Shown here: piece by piece, positions 49,950 to 63,259 of the stretch
How positions within the stretch are numbered: the first letter of the stretch is position 1
Layout: every line of letters begins with the position of its first letter
Origin: Hypanus sabinus
Taxonomy: Eukaryota
Direction: 5' to 3'
DNA: 64,000 bases
Assembly (NCBI RefSeq): GCF_030144855.1
Contig: NC_082727.1
Coordinates: 24,304,001-24,368,000 of the forward strand
Made by a program: the position numbers and the translations under genes
The notes under the pieces: model-generated
The model's database searches: none
What the model was told of the DNA's origin: nothing
The model's input: only the letters and a program-made list of their open reading frames with translations

Positions 49950-50119
49950 ATAGCCTACGGGGGGTTGCGAGCACAGAGCTTTGGAGCCTCTGTGCCATGG
50001 GGGGCAGGTTGAGGGAGGCTTAAAAGTGAGGCTGAGGATTTCGAATGGAGTTTTTTCCTTCAACTGCAGTTACCGACTCCGTGTCGTAATTTTAGCGCTG
50101 CATGTAGCACACCGCTACA

Positions 50120-52000
50120 CTACATCTAACCCTTTCCTCCTACATAGACTCCATTTTTCTGTCATCCATGTGCCTACCTAAGAGTTTCTTAAATGTCCCT
50201 GATCTATCTGATTCTACCATCACCCCTGGCAGTGTGTCCATGTACTTAGCACTCTCTTTGTGAAAAATAATACCTGGGACATTCATCCTATACTTTCCTC
50301 CAATGATCATAAAATTATGCCCCCTTGTTTTAGCCATTTCCACCCTGGGAAAAAGGTCTCTTGCTATTCACTCAATCTATGTCTCTTATCTTGTACACTT
50401 CTATCAAGTCACCTCTCATCCTCATTCATTCTAAAAAAAAAGCCCTAGCTTGCTCAATATATCCTCATAAGACATACCCTCCAGTCCAAGAAGTATCCTA
50501 GTAAATCTCGTAGTGAGACCATACCTGGAGTATTGCATTCAAATCTGGCCACCCTGTTATAGAAAGGATGTCAAGTATTTGGAAAAGGTGCAGAAGAAGT
50601 TTGTGCAGATGCTGCTTAATTAGAGGGCATGTACCATAAGGAGAGTTTGGACATACTTGGGTTGTTTTTTCTGGAAAGGCAGAGGCTGAGAAGAAATCTG
50701 ATAGAATTTTATAAGATTATGTAAAGCATGGATATAGTTGATAACCAGTATCTTTGTCACATGATTGGAATGTCTGAAATCAAGGATGTGAAAGGGGGTA
50801 AGTTCAAAAGTGATGTGAGGGACTTTTTTTTTACAGGGAGTGTTAGGTGCCTGGAATGCACTGCCAGTGATGGTGGTGGAGGCTTTTAGGCACTTGAACG
50901 TGCAGAATATAGACATAGTCATTGTGTAGACAGAAGGGGTTAGTTTAGTTAGGCATTTGATAACTAGTTTAATTATTTCAGCTGTGGGCTGAAGGATCTG
51001 TTCTTGTACCCTACTGTTTTATATTCTAAATTTTTTCTCTCTCATTTTAAACCTCAGCGCTTCTGTTATGTACTCCCTTACCCTGGCTAATTATTTCTTC
51101 TCATTTTTGTATACTTCCAAAAGGTCACCCCTCAGTTTCCTACATTTCAGGAAAAAAGTCATAGTTTGATTCATGAATCTTTATAGATTCATGGTTCATA
51201 ACACATTAATCAGAAGAAGCAGCATCTATTCTGTCAAGCTACTTGGAAATTTACTCAACCTTAATTCTTTTAAATACAGACCTAGACTGCTTAACCACAG
51301 TCTGCATAATATCTCGTCAAACCTATATTCCCATAAATTAATCTGGTGAATTTCATTTAACTCTCTGTCACAAGCAGAGAAGGCATCTTGGATATGGAAA
51401 CCAGAACTGTACTCAATATTCCACATGCAGTGTCATGAGGGCTGTAAACAATGTAATAAGACAATTGTAGTCTTGTACTCAAATACACTTGTCATAAAGG
51501 CCAAGATACCATTTGCCTTCCTAATTATTTGCTATACCTAGATATTAGTTTTCAGTGTTTCTTATGTGAGAGCAACCTCTGAATTTAAAAAAAAAATTCT
51601 ATTTGGACACCATTTGAAATATATTCCACTTACCTATTTCCTTCTACCAAAAATGAGTGGCATAACTTTTTGTCACCTCTTCACAACCCACAAAGGCACC
51701 TAGATTTGTCCAATTAACAAAGCTGGATAATATAACATCTGATCTCATCACCCAAATCCTTTATAAAGATTATAAACAGCTGGGCATAAAATGTTTATTT
51801 CAATTCCATATGCTCTAATTTTGTTTCATAATTTCTTGTGTGACATCTAGTGACAATCTACTGAGAACCTGAGTATACCATATTCACTGGTCCTTCCTTT
51901 TAATTTGCTAGTTACCTTCAAAAATCCCCAATAAATTTGTCAAATACGAATTCCCTTTTATTATAGTTTTCTAAGTGCCCTTGATTGACTCCAGCAAATA
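50120..52000. mobile_element. CR1 fragments (- 50120-50515; + 50515-51030; decayed - 51060-52000)
   Basis: KTRGHNF..IGGKYR; LEYCIQIWPPCYRKDVKYLEKVQ. Confidence 0.75.
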
Positions 52001-53113
52001 CTTGTGCTCACTCATATCATTTGCTTCCAGCAAGATTAAAAGGAATAAAGTGAAATTTTCTTGATGTGGGTGAAGTGCAGTTGTGCCTTGGAAACTGTTG
52101 GATTATACTCCAGCAATAGAGTGACAAAGTGAGATTCAATGAAGTTAAGATCTGACTACCATTTAGAATGCCTTCCTTGACATAGTTTGGCATTACACAG
52201 TTGTGTGTACAGCAGCTGGAAGATTTCATCCACAGGCAAAGATGCCTCATGAATTGATACCTGGTGAAGTTCAAATAAAATAATTACTCATTGGAAAATT
52301 AATGAAGATTGTCTTCTGAGAATTATTTTCTTCTTATATTTTCTATTAGTTCCTTATCCTATTGTTCAAAGTCTCTCCCAGGTAAATGTTTCAATATTCA
52401 ATTCAAAGAAAAAGACCTCCCAAGATCATCCATCCCTACTTAACACAACTTAACAAGAAATGCACTTCAGCAACTGTTATACCGTTACTTTTCAAACAAG
52501 AAATTATTAAACAACGAATTAGAGCATTTGGAATTGAAGGGAACATACCAATTTTTTTAAATGCTCGAGGAGATCTATAAGGGTATCAAAAATAGAAGAT
52601 ATAATTCAACCACTAATCTGTTAAGTTTCTTTTACGCCACTTAGTATTTGTTTAATATAAAGCAAGCAGAGACTGAAGCTTAGAATTTGAAAAATGCCAG
52701 GCTATGAACTTATCATTGTGCACTATTACCAATAATTAGCCTGGTCTGCTGCTACCAATTAATAGGTACATATACACAGATGATCACCTTTGGAACCTAG
52801 GTCACTCATTTTGAACATGAGGACTCCAGTTGGCAACTTCAAAAGTAACTGCTTCAGAGCCTAGTATCTCGCACACACATAGTAATTGCTAGACTAGGGT
52901 TACCACATTATCCTGGCCTACTCTCTCAATTATACCTCTTCAAAACGTAAATGAATTTGGTCAAGCAAAACTTTATCTTTGAAATACAGAAAAATGTTAT
53001 TATGCTTTTGCTGTCCAGCTTTATTGACAAATCGACAAATTCAATTAGTTATCTAAATTAATGGAAACTTCCTATTTTAATAGAATTATATCATTACACA
53101 GCAGTAGTCTTAC

Positions 53114-53321
53114 CTACAATAGATAGTTCCAAACTGAAGGAACTTTGTCCAGCTTTGTTTGTTGCAATGCATGTGTAAGTACCCACATCATTTGCTGTCA
53201 GATGATCAATCAAGAGCGAATGAATACCATTTTCACGCACGAGCATCTTGTGGGTCGCATCTGGCAAGACTGGTTTACCATCCAGCAGCCACATGAGATC
53301 AGGATTTGGCAGACCACTCAC
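53114..53321 (-). CDS. MYPN: Myopalladin coding exon (Ig4 domain), 208 bp; upstream exons lie outside the window
   Basis: Acceptor ttcttttag|GTG, donor GTAG|gtaag. Translates VSGLPNPDLMWLLDGKPVLPDATHKMLVRENGIHSLLIDHLTANDVGTYTCIATNKAGQSSFSLELSIV, a palladin-family Ig domain with MYPN-type VLPDA/SLLID/LELS residues. Confidence 0.93.
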
Positions 53322-53819
53322 CTAAAAGAAAGAGAATGTATTTTAATATCCTACAAACCACTTAAAACCAGAACTGTTCTGACTACCTTTTCAATTTTAC
53401 CTCTAACAATAAGCATTACAATAGTTCTACTTACTTTATGGTATTTTAAATCAGTTTTGCTTCATCTGGTGTTACATAAATTCCTTTGTTTCTCTACCCT
53501 TCTTCAGATCCTTATTTTATAACCTCATTTTATAATTCAAATTTTAATATTTCAGTTAATTGGACTGAAATTCGTTGGGCAATTATCCGCCAGTTCTCCA
53601 GGTTTGATGACTTCTAGTAATTTAATGTGGTCCTTCTCAATACTGACCAACATTTTAATATTATGTCTCTGATTTTATTTTAATTTGAAATTCTAAATGT
53701 TCATATAAATCATTTTCAGTATTATGGAAACAATCATTTCCCCCCCTAGTTATTGTGTTCTTTCTCAAAACCAGTTAGCTATCCCTTTTGCTAACTCCAG
53801 GTATTCTGATCTAATTTAC

Positions 53820-54670
53820 TATCTCTTATCTGAAGGGAACAGAAGTATTTTGGATTTTGAATATTTTCAGATTTTGGAATATATAATAAGATAGCTTGGG
53901 ATCACCATCATTTCCATCTCTAAATTTATGAGCTCTTGGTAAGCAGATTTTGTCTTACACTTGTTCATCATATGTATGTACTGAACAGTAAAAATTATTA
54001 CATACCCTTAATATAATGAAAATATAATTGTGCAACAACAGTACAGCAGCACTGGGAGAATACCCAAATCAGCTGTTGTTTTGATGCTGTGTTTTGATTA
54101 AAAGGTTACAATACACTGTAGATGTATTTTACTTTTGTTTCTAGGGTTTATGTAAGGTATAAAAACAATCATCATTGTATACCTTTTCAGGCGTTAAGAT
54201 TTTCATCAGTCATGCATTAAAAATTTAAGGCCATCATGTAAGGTATAAAAACAATCAGCATCATAGACTTGTTATGGTGCTAGATTTCCATGATCAGAAG
54301 ATGCTTTAATAATTTAATCTCATGCCTTTTCTTCAATTTCTGCAACCAGCCTGCTGAATATTCACAGTTACCTTCAATTTTCAATTCATCGTGATAGATC
54401 TTTGCTTGTTTCATGATCAGCATACCATTAAGTGGCATATGTTCACTCTGATACTAACGATACATGATCGAGATCTTCATGTTTTGCTTTATGCAGTGTT
54501 TTTCTATCTTACATTAACTTCTGTTTTTTACATACGTGAGGTCAGTTCTCAGAACTGTCTGTGGTATGCAGAGATCTGCGCATTGCCTGGGAACCTTCTC
54601 AGCATTTTGTGGAATTTTACATTTGTGACATCATGGATTTCAGAACTTCAGATAATGTGTACTCAACCTG
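53820..54670. mobile_element. Tigger4/MER46-like non-autonomous TcMar relic
   Basis: cttatctgaa..cagaagtattttggattttg..ttttcagattttggaat start and ...actcaacctg end resemble Tigger4-type termini. Confidence 0.55.
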
Positions 54671-54889
54671 CATTACATTATTGAAGTCCTTTTAAATGTT
54701 ACAACTACATCATTCTTGTCTATTCTCTTAGTAACACTTCTTCAGAACTTCAGTGAGTTTGGTCTAGCAAAGCTTTACTTTTGACATCAAAAAGAAAGTT
54801 TGTTAATAATATAATTTTAGTTACACAAAAATTAGTAGATAATCCAAATATTATGAGATAACTACAAGTTGATGACTTTACATCAATGG

Positions 54890-56450
54890 TGTGAATATTA
54901 CAGGTGAAAATCCTAAAGGATAGAATTTATGTATGTGTATTTGGTAAGGTGGGACTGATCAGGGATAGGCAGAGTGGCTTTGTGTGGGCGGAAACATGCC
55001 TCACTAATTTGATCAATTTGTTTTGAGGAAGTATCTAGGAACATTAATAAAAACAGGTAATAGAGGTTGTCTTATATGGAAACTCATGGCTGACTGATCC
55101 AAAAGGTTAAAGCTTACAAGATCCAAGCCAATTTGGCAATTAGGGCCAAGTTTTGCTTGGTGATAGGAAGCAAAGGTTCAAAGATCCAAATTAATGTCAG
55201 AGAAATGTATACAATATCCATCCTGAAATGTTTTTTCTTCACAGACATCCATGAAAACAGAGAAGTGCCCCAAAGAATGAATGACAGTTAAACATAAGAA
55301 CCCCAAAGTCCACCCCAGCTCCCCTCCCTCCAGCGCGTAAACAACAGAAAGCAACAATCCCTGCTCCCCCCACTGACAAAAAAAGAGCAAGCGTCGGCAC
55401 CACCACCGAGCATGCAGTGTGAGCAAAGCAATAGCAAAGACATAGACTTTTGGTTACCCCAAAGACTTTGCATTTCACCCAGCATTCCACATCCCACAAG
55501 TTCTCTCTCTCCCTAATAAGGGAGCACAGGATGGTGGTGGGAGAATGTTTTCCTGATTTAAAGTCTATGACCAATGTTGTGCCACAGAAACCAGTGCTGG
55601 GATCTGTGATATATAGTAATGAATTAGATGTGAATGTAGAAGGTGTGATTAAGTAAGCTTACAGTTAACCAAAAGTTAACTGTAACTTTTGTGGATACTG
55701 AGGAAGGTTGTCTGAGTCTACAGCAGGATATAGATCAGATAGAAATTTGTGGCTGAGTAGTACTGGCTGACGGAATTAATGCCGGTGAGTGGAAAGTAAT
55801 CCATCTTGATCAAACAGTAAAGTGCCAATGAATGATGTACAGAAGTCCCTTGGGGGTTCAAGTTCACAGTTCTCTGAAAATGCCAACACAGTTAGAAGAG
55901 TGGCGGAGAAGCTACATGGCATGATTACCTTTTTAGGACAGGACATAGAACATAAGAGTTATGTTGCAACCTTTACAAAACTTTGTGTGGAGTTTTGTGT
56001 ACCATATAGGAATGATGGGATAGTTCTGGAGAGGATACAGTGGAGATTCACCAGAATGTTGCCTGGATTGGATGACTTTAGTTAATGGGAATAACTGGAT
56101 ATGCTGAACATGTCTTCCATGCAGTGAAGTCAGGTGATGGGTGTTCTGATGGAGGTATGTAAAATTATAAGAGGCATAGGGAGTTAGTTAGACTTTTCCC
56201 CATGATATGGGTATAGAGGGCATGGGTTTATGAGGAGATGAAGGGATTTAAGGAGATTTGAGGGGAATTTGTTTCCAAAAATAGTGGTTGGTATTTGAAA
56301 CTTGGAGTCAGATACTATGTTTAGGAGAGACTTAGACAGGTTTGTAAATTGGCAAGGTATGGTAGGATATAAACAAAATGTAGAATTAATGAAGACAGAT
56401 AAAAAGGTTGGCATGGAAACTGTGGGCCAAATGAACCATTTCTGTTTTGT
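54890..56450 (+). mobile_element. Decayed CR1 RT/3' fragment with a nested retroposon tail
   Basis: VLERIQWRFTRMLPGL; VPQKPVLG. Confidence 0.7.
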
Positions 56451-58199
56451 TTACCTTGAGTATTAATAACTACTAGATTTTGCTTTTCAATTAAGATCTC
56501 AACTATTACTTTCTGAATCCAGCTTCCTCCTGTTCTTATCTGTGAGGATAGCTATAACATGAACCACAACAACTCAATTTCCACCATTCCTTTTCAAATT
56601 GCATTCCAGCCCTCTCATCTTTCCTGCATCTTAAAACTATCTTGTTTTTCCATTCTTTCCTAGTCCAAACAAAGCATCTTCAACCTGATATATTAAATCT
56701 GCTTCCCTTTCCACAGATGCTACCTGACCAATTGCACATTTCTGCTTTAGTTTCAGGATTCTAGCATCCAGTTTCTTTGTGATTTCAAAGGTTTCAAGGG
56801 TACATTTAATGTCAGAGAAATGTATACAATATACATTCTGAAATTCTTTTTCTTTGCAACCATCCACGAAAACAGAGGAGTGCCCCAAAAAATGAATGAC
56901 AGTTAAATATTAGAACCTCAAGCCCTCCCAGCTTCCCCCTCCCACACATAAGTAGCAGCAAAGCACCAATCAAAAAATAAGCATCGGCACCCACCACCGC
57001 GCACTCAAGCGTACAGTAAAGCATCAGTCATATTTCAAAGTCTTTGATGGCTGTAAAACTTTTTAAAAATATTTTAAGGCTATGAGAACAGTACTAATGC
57101 ATTTTCTTTTTTTTATTCAATCATATAATTCATCTATTTTTACCACAGACACTTGATTGCATTCTAATTTTGAAATCACAATGACTCTCCTGAGAATAGG
57201 TATTGATACTCTCACATTTTCCCTGATCCAGTTATCCTAAACTTCCACTGGATTCCAAAAATCTACTGACATCAATGAATGAGCATAAAATTTCTCTAGA
57301 ATAGGTAATTCAAAAGATAAACTATCCTCTGAGTGAAGACAAATTTTCTGCTGTCATTCACAAAACTTCAAGCCTTTATCCAAAGACTTATGTGTTAGGC
57401 TACCATGTAAGGTGAAATAACCTCACCATCCACCCTGTCAAGTCCTTATATATTTCAATGAAGTTATCTCTCATTCATCCAAAACAGTAGATTGTAGGTG
57501 AGAGTAGTGACAGTTGTAATGACTGATTCTTGAGCCACAGATTCTCTGGTAGATACCATAGACAGTGGTCAATATGATGTTGTGACTATAGATGTCCAAG
57601 TCCTATTTTTTTTTGGTCATGTTTGTATCTATAAGCTACGGTAGTTGTCTTATTCTTGATGGTAAATACTGTGTGCTGGCCTATTGTTTTTAGGCTTTTC
57701 CTTTTAAACATATAGTCACCTAGAAGGTCTTTGTTAGCATGGTCTATGCCAAGTCACATTCCTGAACTGTTCTACTGTTCCAAGAACTAAATAACTAAAA
57801 TACAACAATTATTTCCATGGCAGTTTGTGACCGACTCACAGATCACCTCACCTATCCTTTATCACCACATTGGAAATTGTTAGATTCAATGGAGGGAGCC
57901 ATTGCTTTCAAGCAATCACATAGACTTTGGCTAAAGAGAAACTGGTAATATATGAATCGCTTAAGGAGTAAGTATTTTTTATGTATCTACATTACAACCA
58001 AATTCTTTCATTGTGTTGGTCCATTCTCAGTTTGGAACCTCATTCTCATCTTTCCAGTCACTCTAAAAGTCAGTGGCACACATAAGCTGTTATAATTTTA
58101 ACTCCTCTTAAAAGCATTGACTTTCCAGAAATTGGAAGTACCTTGAGTTGAGCAATATTGGTTTTACCTTTGTATTAACTAAGCACTCTCAGACAAATA

Positions 58200-58875
58200 G
58201 ACACACAACAGCAGGTGCTGTGATCTAGAGCAAAAAAAAACAGCTGGAAGTGGGTCAGACAGCAACAGTGGAGGCAGAGGCTTAGCTGAAGTTTCAGGTC
58301 ATGCAGGGTCTTGATCCAAGGTTCACCCTTCTAAAAAATTTAGATGGTTTTTGTTAGCACGGTGTATGCTCAAGTCTATTAATGTCTATGCTATTAAAGT
58401 TCATATATTTCAGGATGTAAAGGCTATTTTTGGTTTTAAAAGTTTTTGAATTAATTTATAGAGAGATACAGCAGAGAAAATGACCATCACTCAGCCACTT
58501 ACACTAATTCTACATAAAGGAGGCAGTGTAAGCAAATTTCACACAGACAGCACCTGAGGTTGGGATTTTGCCTCTACAAATGCCATCTGATCTGCTGAGT
58601 TCTTCCAGCAACTATTTTAAACACACTCTTAAACAAGATCTGAGCTTGAGAAACAGCCGAGAAATGGACTGGACAAATGGAAAAGTTAAATATGATTAAA
58701 AAGGTCTCTTGAAGTTGCAAAGTGCTGCCCAGTCATGCATACATATAACTTCTGTACTGACCGTCATTGATCTGAACTTCAACTGTTTCTTTTTCCACAG
58801 ATCTCTGACCCGTTGAGTTGTTCCAGCACTCTGTTTTTATTTCAGATTTCTACCATCTGCAGTTTTTTGATTTCT
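58200..58875. mobile_element. Cluster of decayed Penelope terminal-repeat fragments in both orientations
   Basis: ctgctgagttcttccagca, gttgagttgttccagcactctgt, cagggtcttgatcc. Confidence 0.5.
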
Positions 58876-58887
58876 ATTAGTATAGCT

Positions 58888-60104
58888 CAGGCATGGGCAA
58901 ACTACGGCCCACGGGCCATATGCGGCCCGTTAAGCTTTTTAATCCGGCCCGCAGAACTTGATGAAATTATATTAATAAACCTTGTTAACATTTTTTCCCT
59001 GCAATTCTGGCGTTTTCCCAATAGATGACACACTCTATATACATTTGTGGTGACCCATTTCCTGGCACATCCGAACCGGCTCACAATTAGCCAGCATTTT
59101 GGCTAAGGGAGATAGCCTACGGGGGTTTGCGAGCACAGAGCTTTGGAGCCTCTGCGCCATGGGGGGCAGGTTGAGGGAGGCTTAAAAGTGAGGCTGGGGA
59201 TTTCGAATAAAGTTTTTTTCTTCGACTGCAGTTACCGACTCCGTGTCGTAATTTTAGCGCTGGATGTAGCACACCGCTACACATTGACCTTTGTTGAGGT
59301 GCAGCATATTACTCCACATTTGCGCTTTACTCTTTGTTCAGCTCGACCTATTTGTGTGAACAGGCGTTCAGCGTCATGAACATCAACAAAGCCAGCCAAC
59401 TGACCAACACCTCAGATCCATCCTGAGAATCGCCACAACAAAACTAAATCCAGACTTTGATGCGCTGGCTAAAAAGGGAGACCAACAACACTGTTCCCAC
59501 TGAAATTAAAAATAAGTTTCTTCATTGTGTTATGTAAAAAATGCATTTGAAAATATTTTTTTCAATAAGCCTTACATGTTACATGTCATTTCTGTTAAGT
59601 GATGGACATGAGTAGTGCGCAGGTGCATGTACATTCTCAAAATAAAAAATGCGCTCCAGATCAAATAACGCGCTCCGCATACTGGCGCGCTGTCACTGTT
59701 CTGTCTTTGTGCTGGTCGTTGTTGAGTTTTGACACAGGGGACAATTGAATAAGAAGGAGCAGGACAAGTAGACCTACATCTCCTACCGTTTTTGAAATAA
59801 AGACAGTCAGGAGGAGAGTGATGATGATAATATCTTGAAGGATAACAGAATTTTCAGCGTTTTAAAAGTCATTTCAATAAATAGCTAAATATCATGGGAC
59901 TTCAAAGACAGATATTTTGTTGTAATGCATTTGTTCATTTTCAATTGAAATTAAAGCACATGTTTTCTACATATCCCACGATATTTTATTTTCTCTTATG
60001 TGGTGTATTACCAAAACACTCCGTCCATCTGCTCCTCGTCCGGCCCCCCTGTCAAATTTTAGAACCCTTTGTGGCCCACAAGTCAAAAAGTTTGCCCACC
60101 CCTG
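58888..60104 (+). mobile_element. Non-autonomous hAT (Charlie/Buster-type) transposon, TSD GTATAGCT
   Basis: TIRs CAGGCATGGGCAAACT / AGTTTGCCCACCCCTG; perfect 8-bp TSD with central TA; transposase C-terminal remnant LFSSTYLCEQAFSVM...LRIATTKLNPDFDALAKKGDQQHCSH* at about 59334-59503. Confidence 0.93.
59046..59281 (+). mobile_element. Solo LTR (236 bp) of the 45898-50119 Gypsy family, TSD CATT, nested in the hAT
   Basis: Aligns to both LTRs apart from 21 extra bp; 4-bp TSD. Confidence 0.95.
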
Positions 60105-60204
60105 GTATAGCTCTTTCAATTTAGCTAACTGTTCAAAATTATTTCATAAAAAATTAAGGTAAATGTGAAAAAATATTTGCTCAGTTTAGTTTTTATGGTG
60201 TGTA

Positions 60205-60680
60205 CTTAAAACAGGAATGAAAGGGTTACCATATGAGGAACATCTGGCCGCTCTTGGGCTGTATTCCCTGGAGTTCAGGAGAATGGAGGAGTGATCTCAT
60301 AGAAACATTCTGAATGTTAAAAGGCCTGAACAGATTAGATATGGCAAAGTTATTTCCCATGGTAGGGGAGTCTAGGACAAGAGGGTACAACTTCAGGATT
60401 GATGGACATCCACTTAGAACAGAGATGTGAAGAAATTACTTTAGTCAGCAAGTGGTAAATCTGTGGAATTTGTTGCCATGAGCAGCTGTGGAGGCCAAAT
60501 CACTGGGTGCATTTAAAACAGAGATATAGATAGGTTCTTGATTAGCCTGGGCATCAAAGGTATAGGGAGAAGGCAGGGGAGTGGGGATGACTGGAAGAAT
60601 TGGAAAAGCCCATGATTGAATGGTGGAGCAGATTTGATGGGCTGAATGGCCTACTTCTGCTCCTATATCCTATGGTCTTA
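60205..60680 (+). mobile_element. CR1 3' end
   Basis: gggttaccatatgaggaa...gggctgaatggcctacttctgctcctatatcctatggtct. Confidence 0.85.
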
Positions 60681-61534
60681 CAAAGGCAGAAAGATGGTGA
60701 GTTCAAGCTGTGAATTGCAGAGTATGGGCTCTTGGCAGGTGAAGGACTGGCTGGCAAAGTTGCACTATTAAAATGGGAGATGAACGGAGAACAAAATTAG
60801 TGGAGAATAGGTATTTTTGAGGGCTGTAGAGCTGGAGGAAATCAAAGTGAAAAAGAAATGAGTGAGTGGTGGAGAGAGTAAGACAATGGAAGAATTTGAG
60901 AGGAAGGTGATTTGGAAGATGCTTTCACAATGAGCTATGAATAAGAAAGAGACATGGATGGATTTTTGTGAGGAATCAGAGGTACAGTAATTGCAGGTAA
61001 TTCTCTAGCCAAGATTGAATGGATATTAATGGAACCAGAGAAGTATAGCTCTAAGGACAGTGAAGAAGAGTAATCAGCCATATCACCTAAGTTAAGGAAG
61101 ATGAGGATGGATCACTGTGTGGGAGTTGCAGTAAAGCAAGGGTTAAAGACAACATGCAGGCAAGGATAGCCTGGGGTATTTATAGTCAATCCAGACCTCC
61201 GAAGTGAGATGGCTAGAGCCACGGCTGCTTACTGCAGATGTGATAGGAGAGGATAATTGCAGCAGTATGTCAGTAATCTAGACAAGTGGGGCCAATGAAG
61301 TGAGATTTTTTATAGAAACGTCTTTGAAGAATGTAGCTTCTCTCTTCACAGTAGGGGGTGCCAGAGACAGATGAGAATTTAGCAATAGAATGGAAGGTTG
61401 TGAAACACATATAACTATGGGCCAATTGCTTTATTAACTTTAAAATATCATTAGTTGTCAGCTTGTAGTTTCTATTGACTTTTAGCCCCTCTACTGTGAA
61501 TACCAATTGACCAAGCATACTCAGATTGTATGGA

Positions 61535-63110
61535 CTGAAATGCTTGAGCATATAGACATTAAGAAAGAGGATGTGCTGGAACTTTTGAAAAGCACGGAGT
61601 TAGGTAAGTCACTAGGACTGGAAGAGATATACCCCAGGTTACTGTGAGAAGTGATGGAGGAGATTGCTGAGCCTCTGGAGGTGATCTTTGCATCTTCTTC
61701 AATAGGGACGGGAGAAGTACTGGAGGATTGGTGGGTTGCAAATGTTGTTCCCTTGTTCAAGAAAGGGAGTAGAGATAACCCAAGCAATTATAGACCAATG
61801 AATCTTACTTCAGAGATGGGAAAGTTGTTACAGAAGATCCTGAGAGGCAGGTTTTATGAGCATTTGGAGAGACATAATCTTATTAGGGATAGTCAACATG
61901 GGTTTGTGAAGGGCAGGCTCTGAATTCTTTGAGTATGTAACAAAACACATTGATGAAGGCAGAGCAGTGGATGTAGTGTATATGGATTTCACTAAGGCAT
62001 TTGATAAGGTTCCCCATGCAAGGCTCATTCAGAAAGTAAGGAGACATGGGATCCAAGGGACCTTGCTTTGTAGATCCAGAATTGGCTTGTCCACAGAAGG
62101 CAATGTGTGGTTGTAGACGGGTCATATTTGTACTGAGGTTGGTGACCAGTGGTGTTCCGCAATGATCGGCTCTGGGACCCTCCTCTTTGTGATTTTTATA
62201 AATGACCTGGATGAAGAAGTAGAAGGGTGGGTTAGTAAGTTTCCCAATGATACAAAGTTTGGAGGTGTTGTAGATAGTCTGGAGGATTGTCAGAGGTTAC
62301 AGCGGGATATGGATAGGATACAGAACTGGGCTGAGAAGTGGCAAAAGGAGTTCAACCCAGATAAGTGTGAAGTAGTTCATTTGGGGTCAGTCAAATTTGA
62401 AGAAAGAATATAGTATTAATGGTAAGACTCTTGGCAGTGTGGAGGATCAGAGTGATCTTGGTGTCCATGTCCATACGGCACTCAAAGCTACTGTGCAGGT
62501 AGACAGTGCTGTTAAGAGGGCGTATAGTATGTTGGCATTCATCAACCATGGGACTGAGTTCAAGAACCATGAGGTAATGTTACAGCTATAAAGACCTTTG
62601 TCAGACCCCTCTTGGAGTACTGTGTTCAGCTCTGGTCACCTCACTACAGGAAGGATGTGGATACTTTAGAAAGATTGCAAAGATAATTTACAAGGATGTT
62701 CCTGGATTGGAGAGCACACCTTATGAGAATAGGTTGAGTGAACATGGCCTTTTCTCCTTGGAGTGATGGAGGATGAGGGGTGACCTGACAAAGGTGTACA
62801 AGATGATGAAAGACATTTAATCGTGTGGCTGGCCAGGGGCTTTTTCCAAAGGATGAAATGGCTAACATGAGGATGCATAGTTTTAAGGTGCTTGGAAGTA
62901 GGTACAGAGGGAATGTCAGGAGCTGGCGAATGTGGTGGAAGCAGGTACAATAGGGTCTTTTAAGAGACTCTTAGATAGGTACATGCTTAGAAAAATAGAG
63001 GGCTATGTGGTAGGGTAATTATAAACAGTTTCTAGAGTAGGTTACATGGTCAGCACAACATTGCGGGCTGAAAGCCCTGCAATGTGCTGCAGTTTTCTAT
63101 GTTCTATGTT
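61535..63110 (+). mobile_element. 5'-truncated CR1 (RT to tail), same subfamily as 6332-9315
   Basis: VVPLFKKGSRDNPSNYRP; FINDLDEEVEGWVSKF; ttctatgttctatgtt tail. Confidence 0.92.
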
Positions 63111-63259
63111 TACCAAATGGTCAATATCCATAAGCCAATATTGTATAAAAATAACATTTTTCTGTCCTGGCTTCAGAATAGTGTGACAGGGGCCATGCTG
63201 ATCTCCTTGTGCACAAGTAAAGTAAAATATGTTTGAGCAGTAAATTTGTTTCTAGTCCC

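Larger units (their letters stand above)
45898..50119 (+). mobile_element. Full-length Ty3/Gypsy LTR retrotransposon, antisense within a MYPN intron; 215-bp LTRs 45898-46112 and 49905-50119; TSD CTAC
   Basis: TG...CA LTRs with about 12 mismatches in 215 bp, PBS, G12 PPT at 49890-49901, open gag and pol. Inserted in a CR1 tail. Confidence 0.98.

Noticed and set aside
46224-49998. Many overlapping and antisense ORFs in the Gypsy; possible env gene
   Set aside because: Expected in GC-rich coding DNA; no recognisable motifs; pol runs straight into the PPT and LTR, leaving no room for env.
4095-50123. LTR elements targeting CR1 sequence (four insertions lie in CR1)
   Set aside because: CR1 covers much of the window, so this is expected without targeting.
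31370-53321. Calling the gene palladin (PALLD) or myotilin
   Set aside because: EGHPVRL, GMPPP, KKDNETI, RERIS, AQWH and terminal ESDEL fit MYPN better.
6332-63110. Active or domesticated CR1/Rex RT genes; prokaryotic retron or RT defence systems
   Set aside because: All LINE ORFs are truncated with stops and frameshifts, and the sequence is vertebrate.
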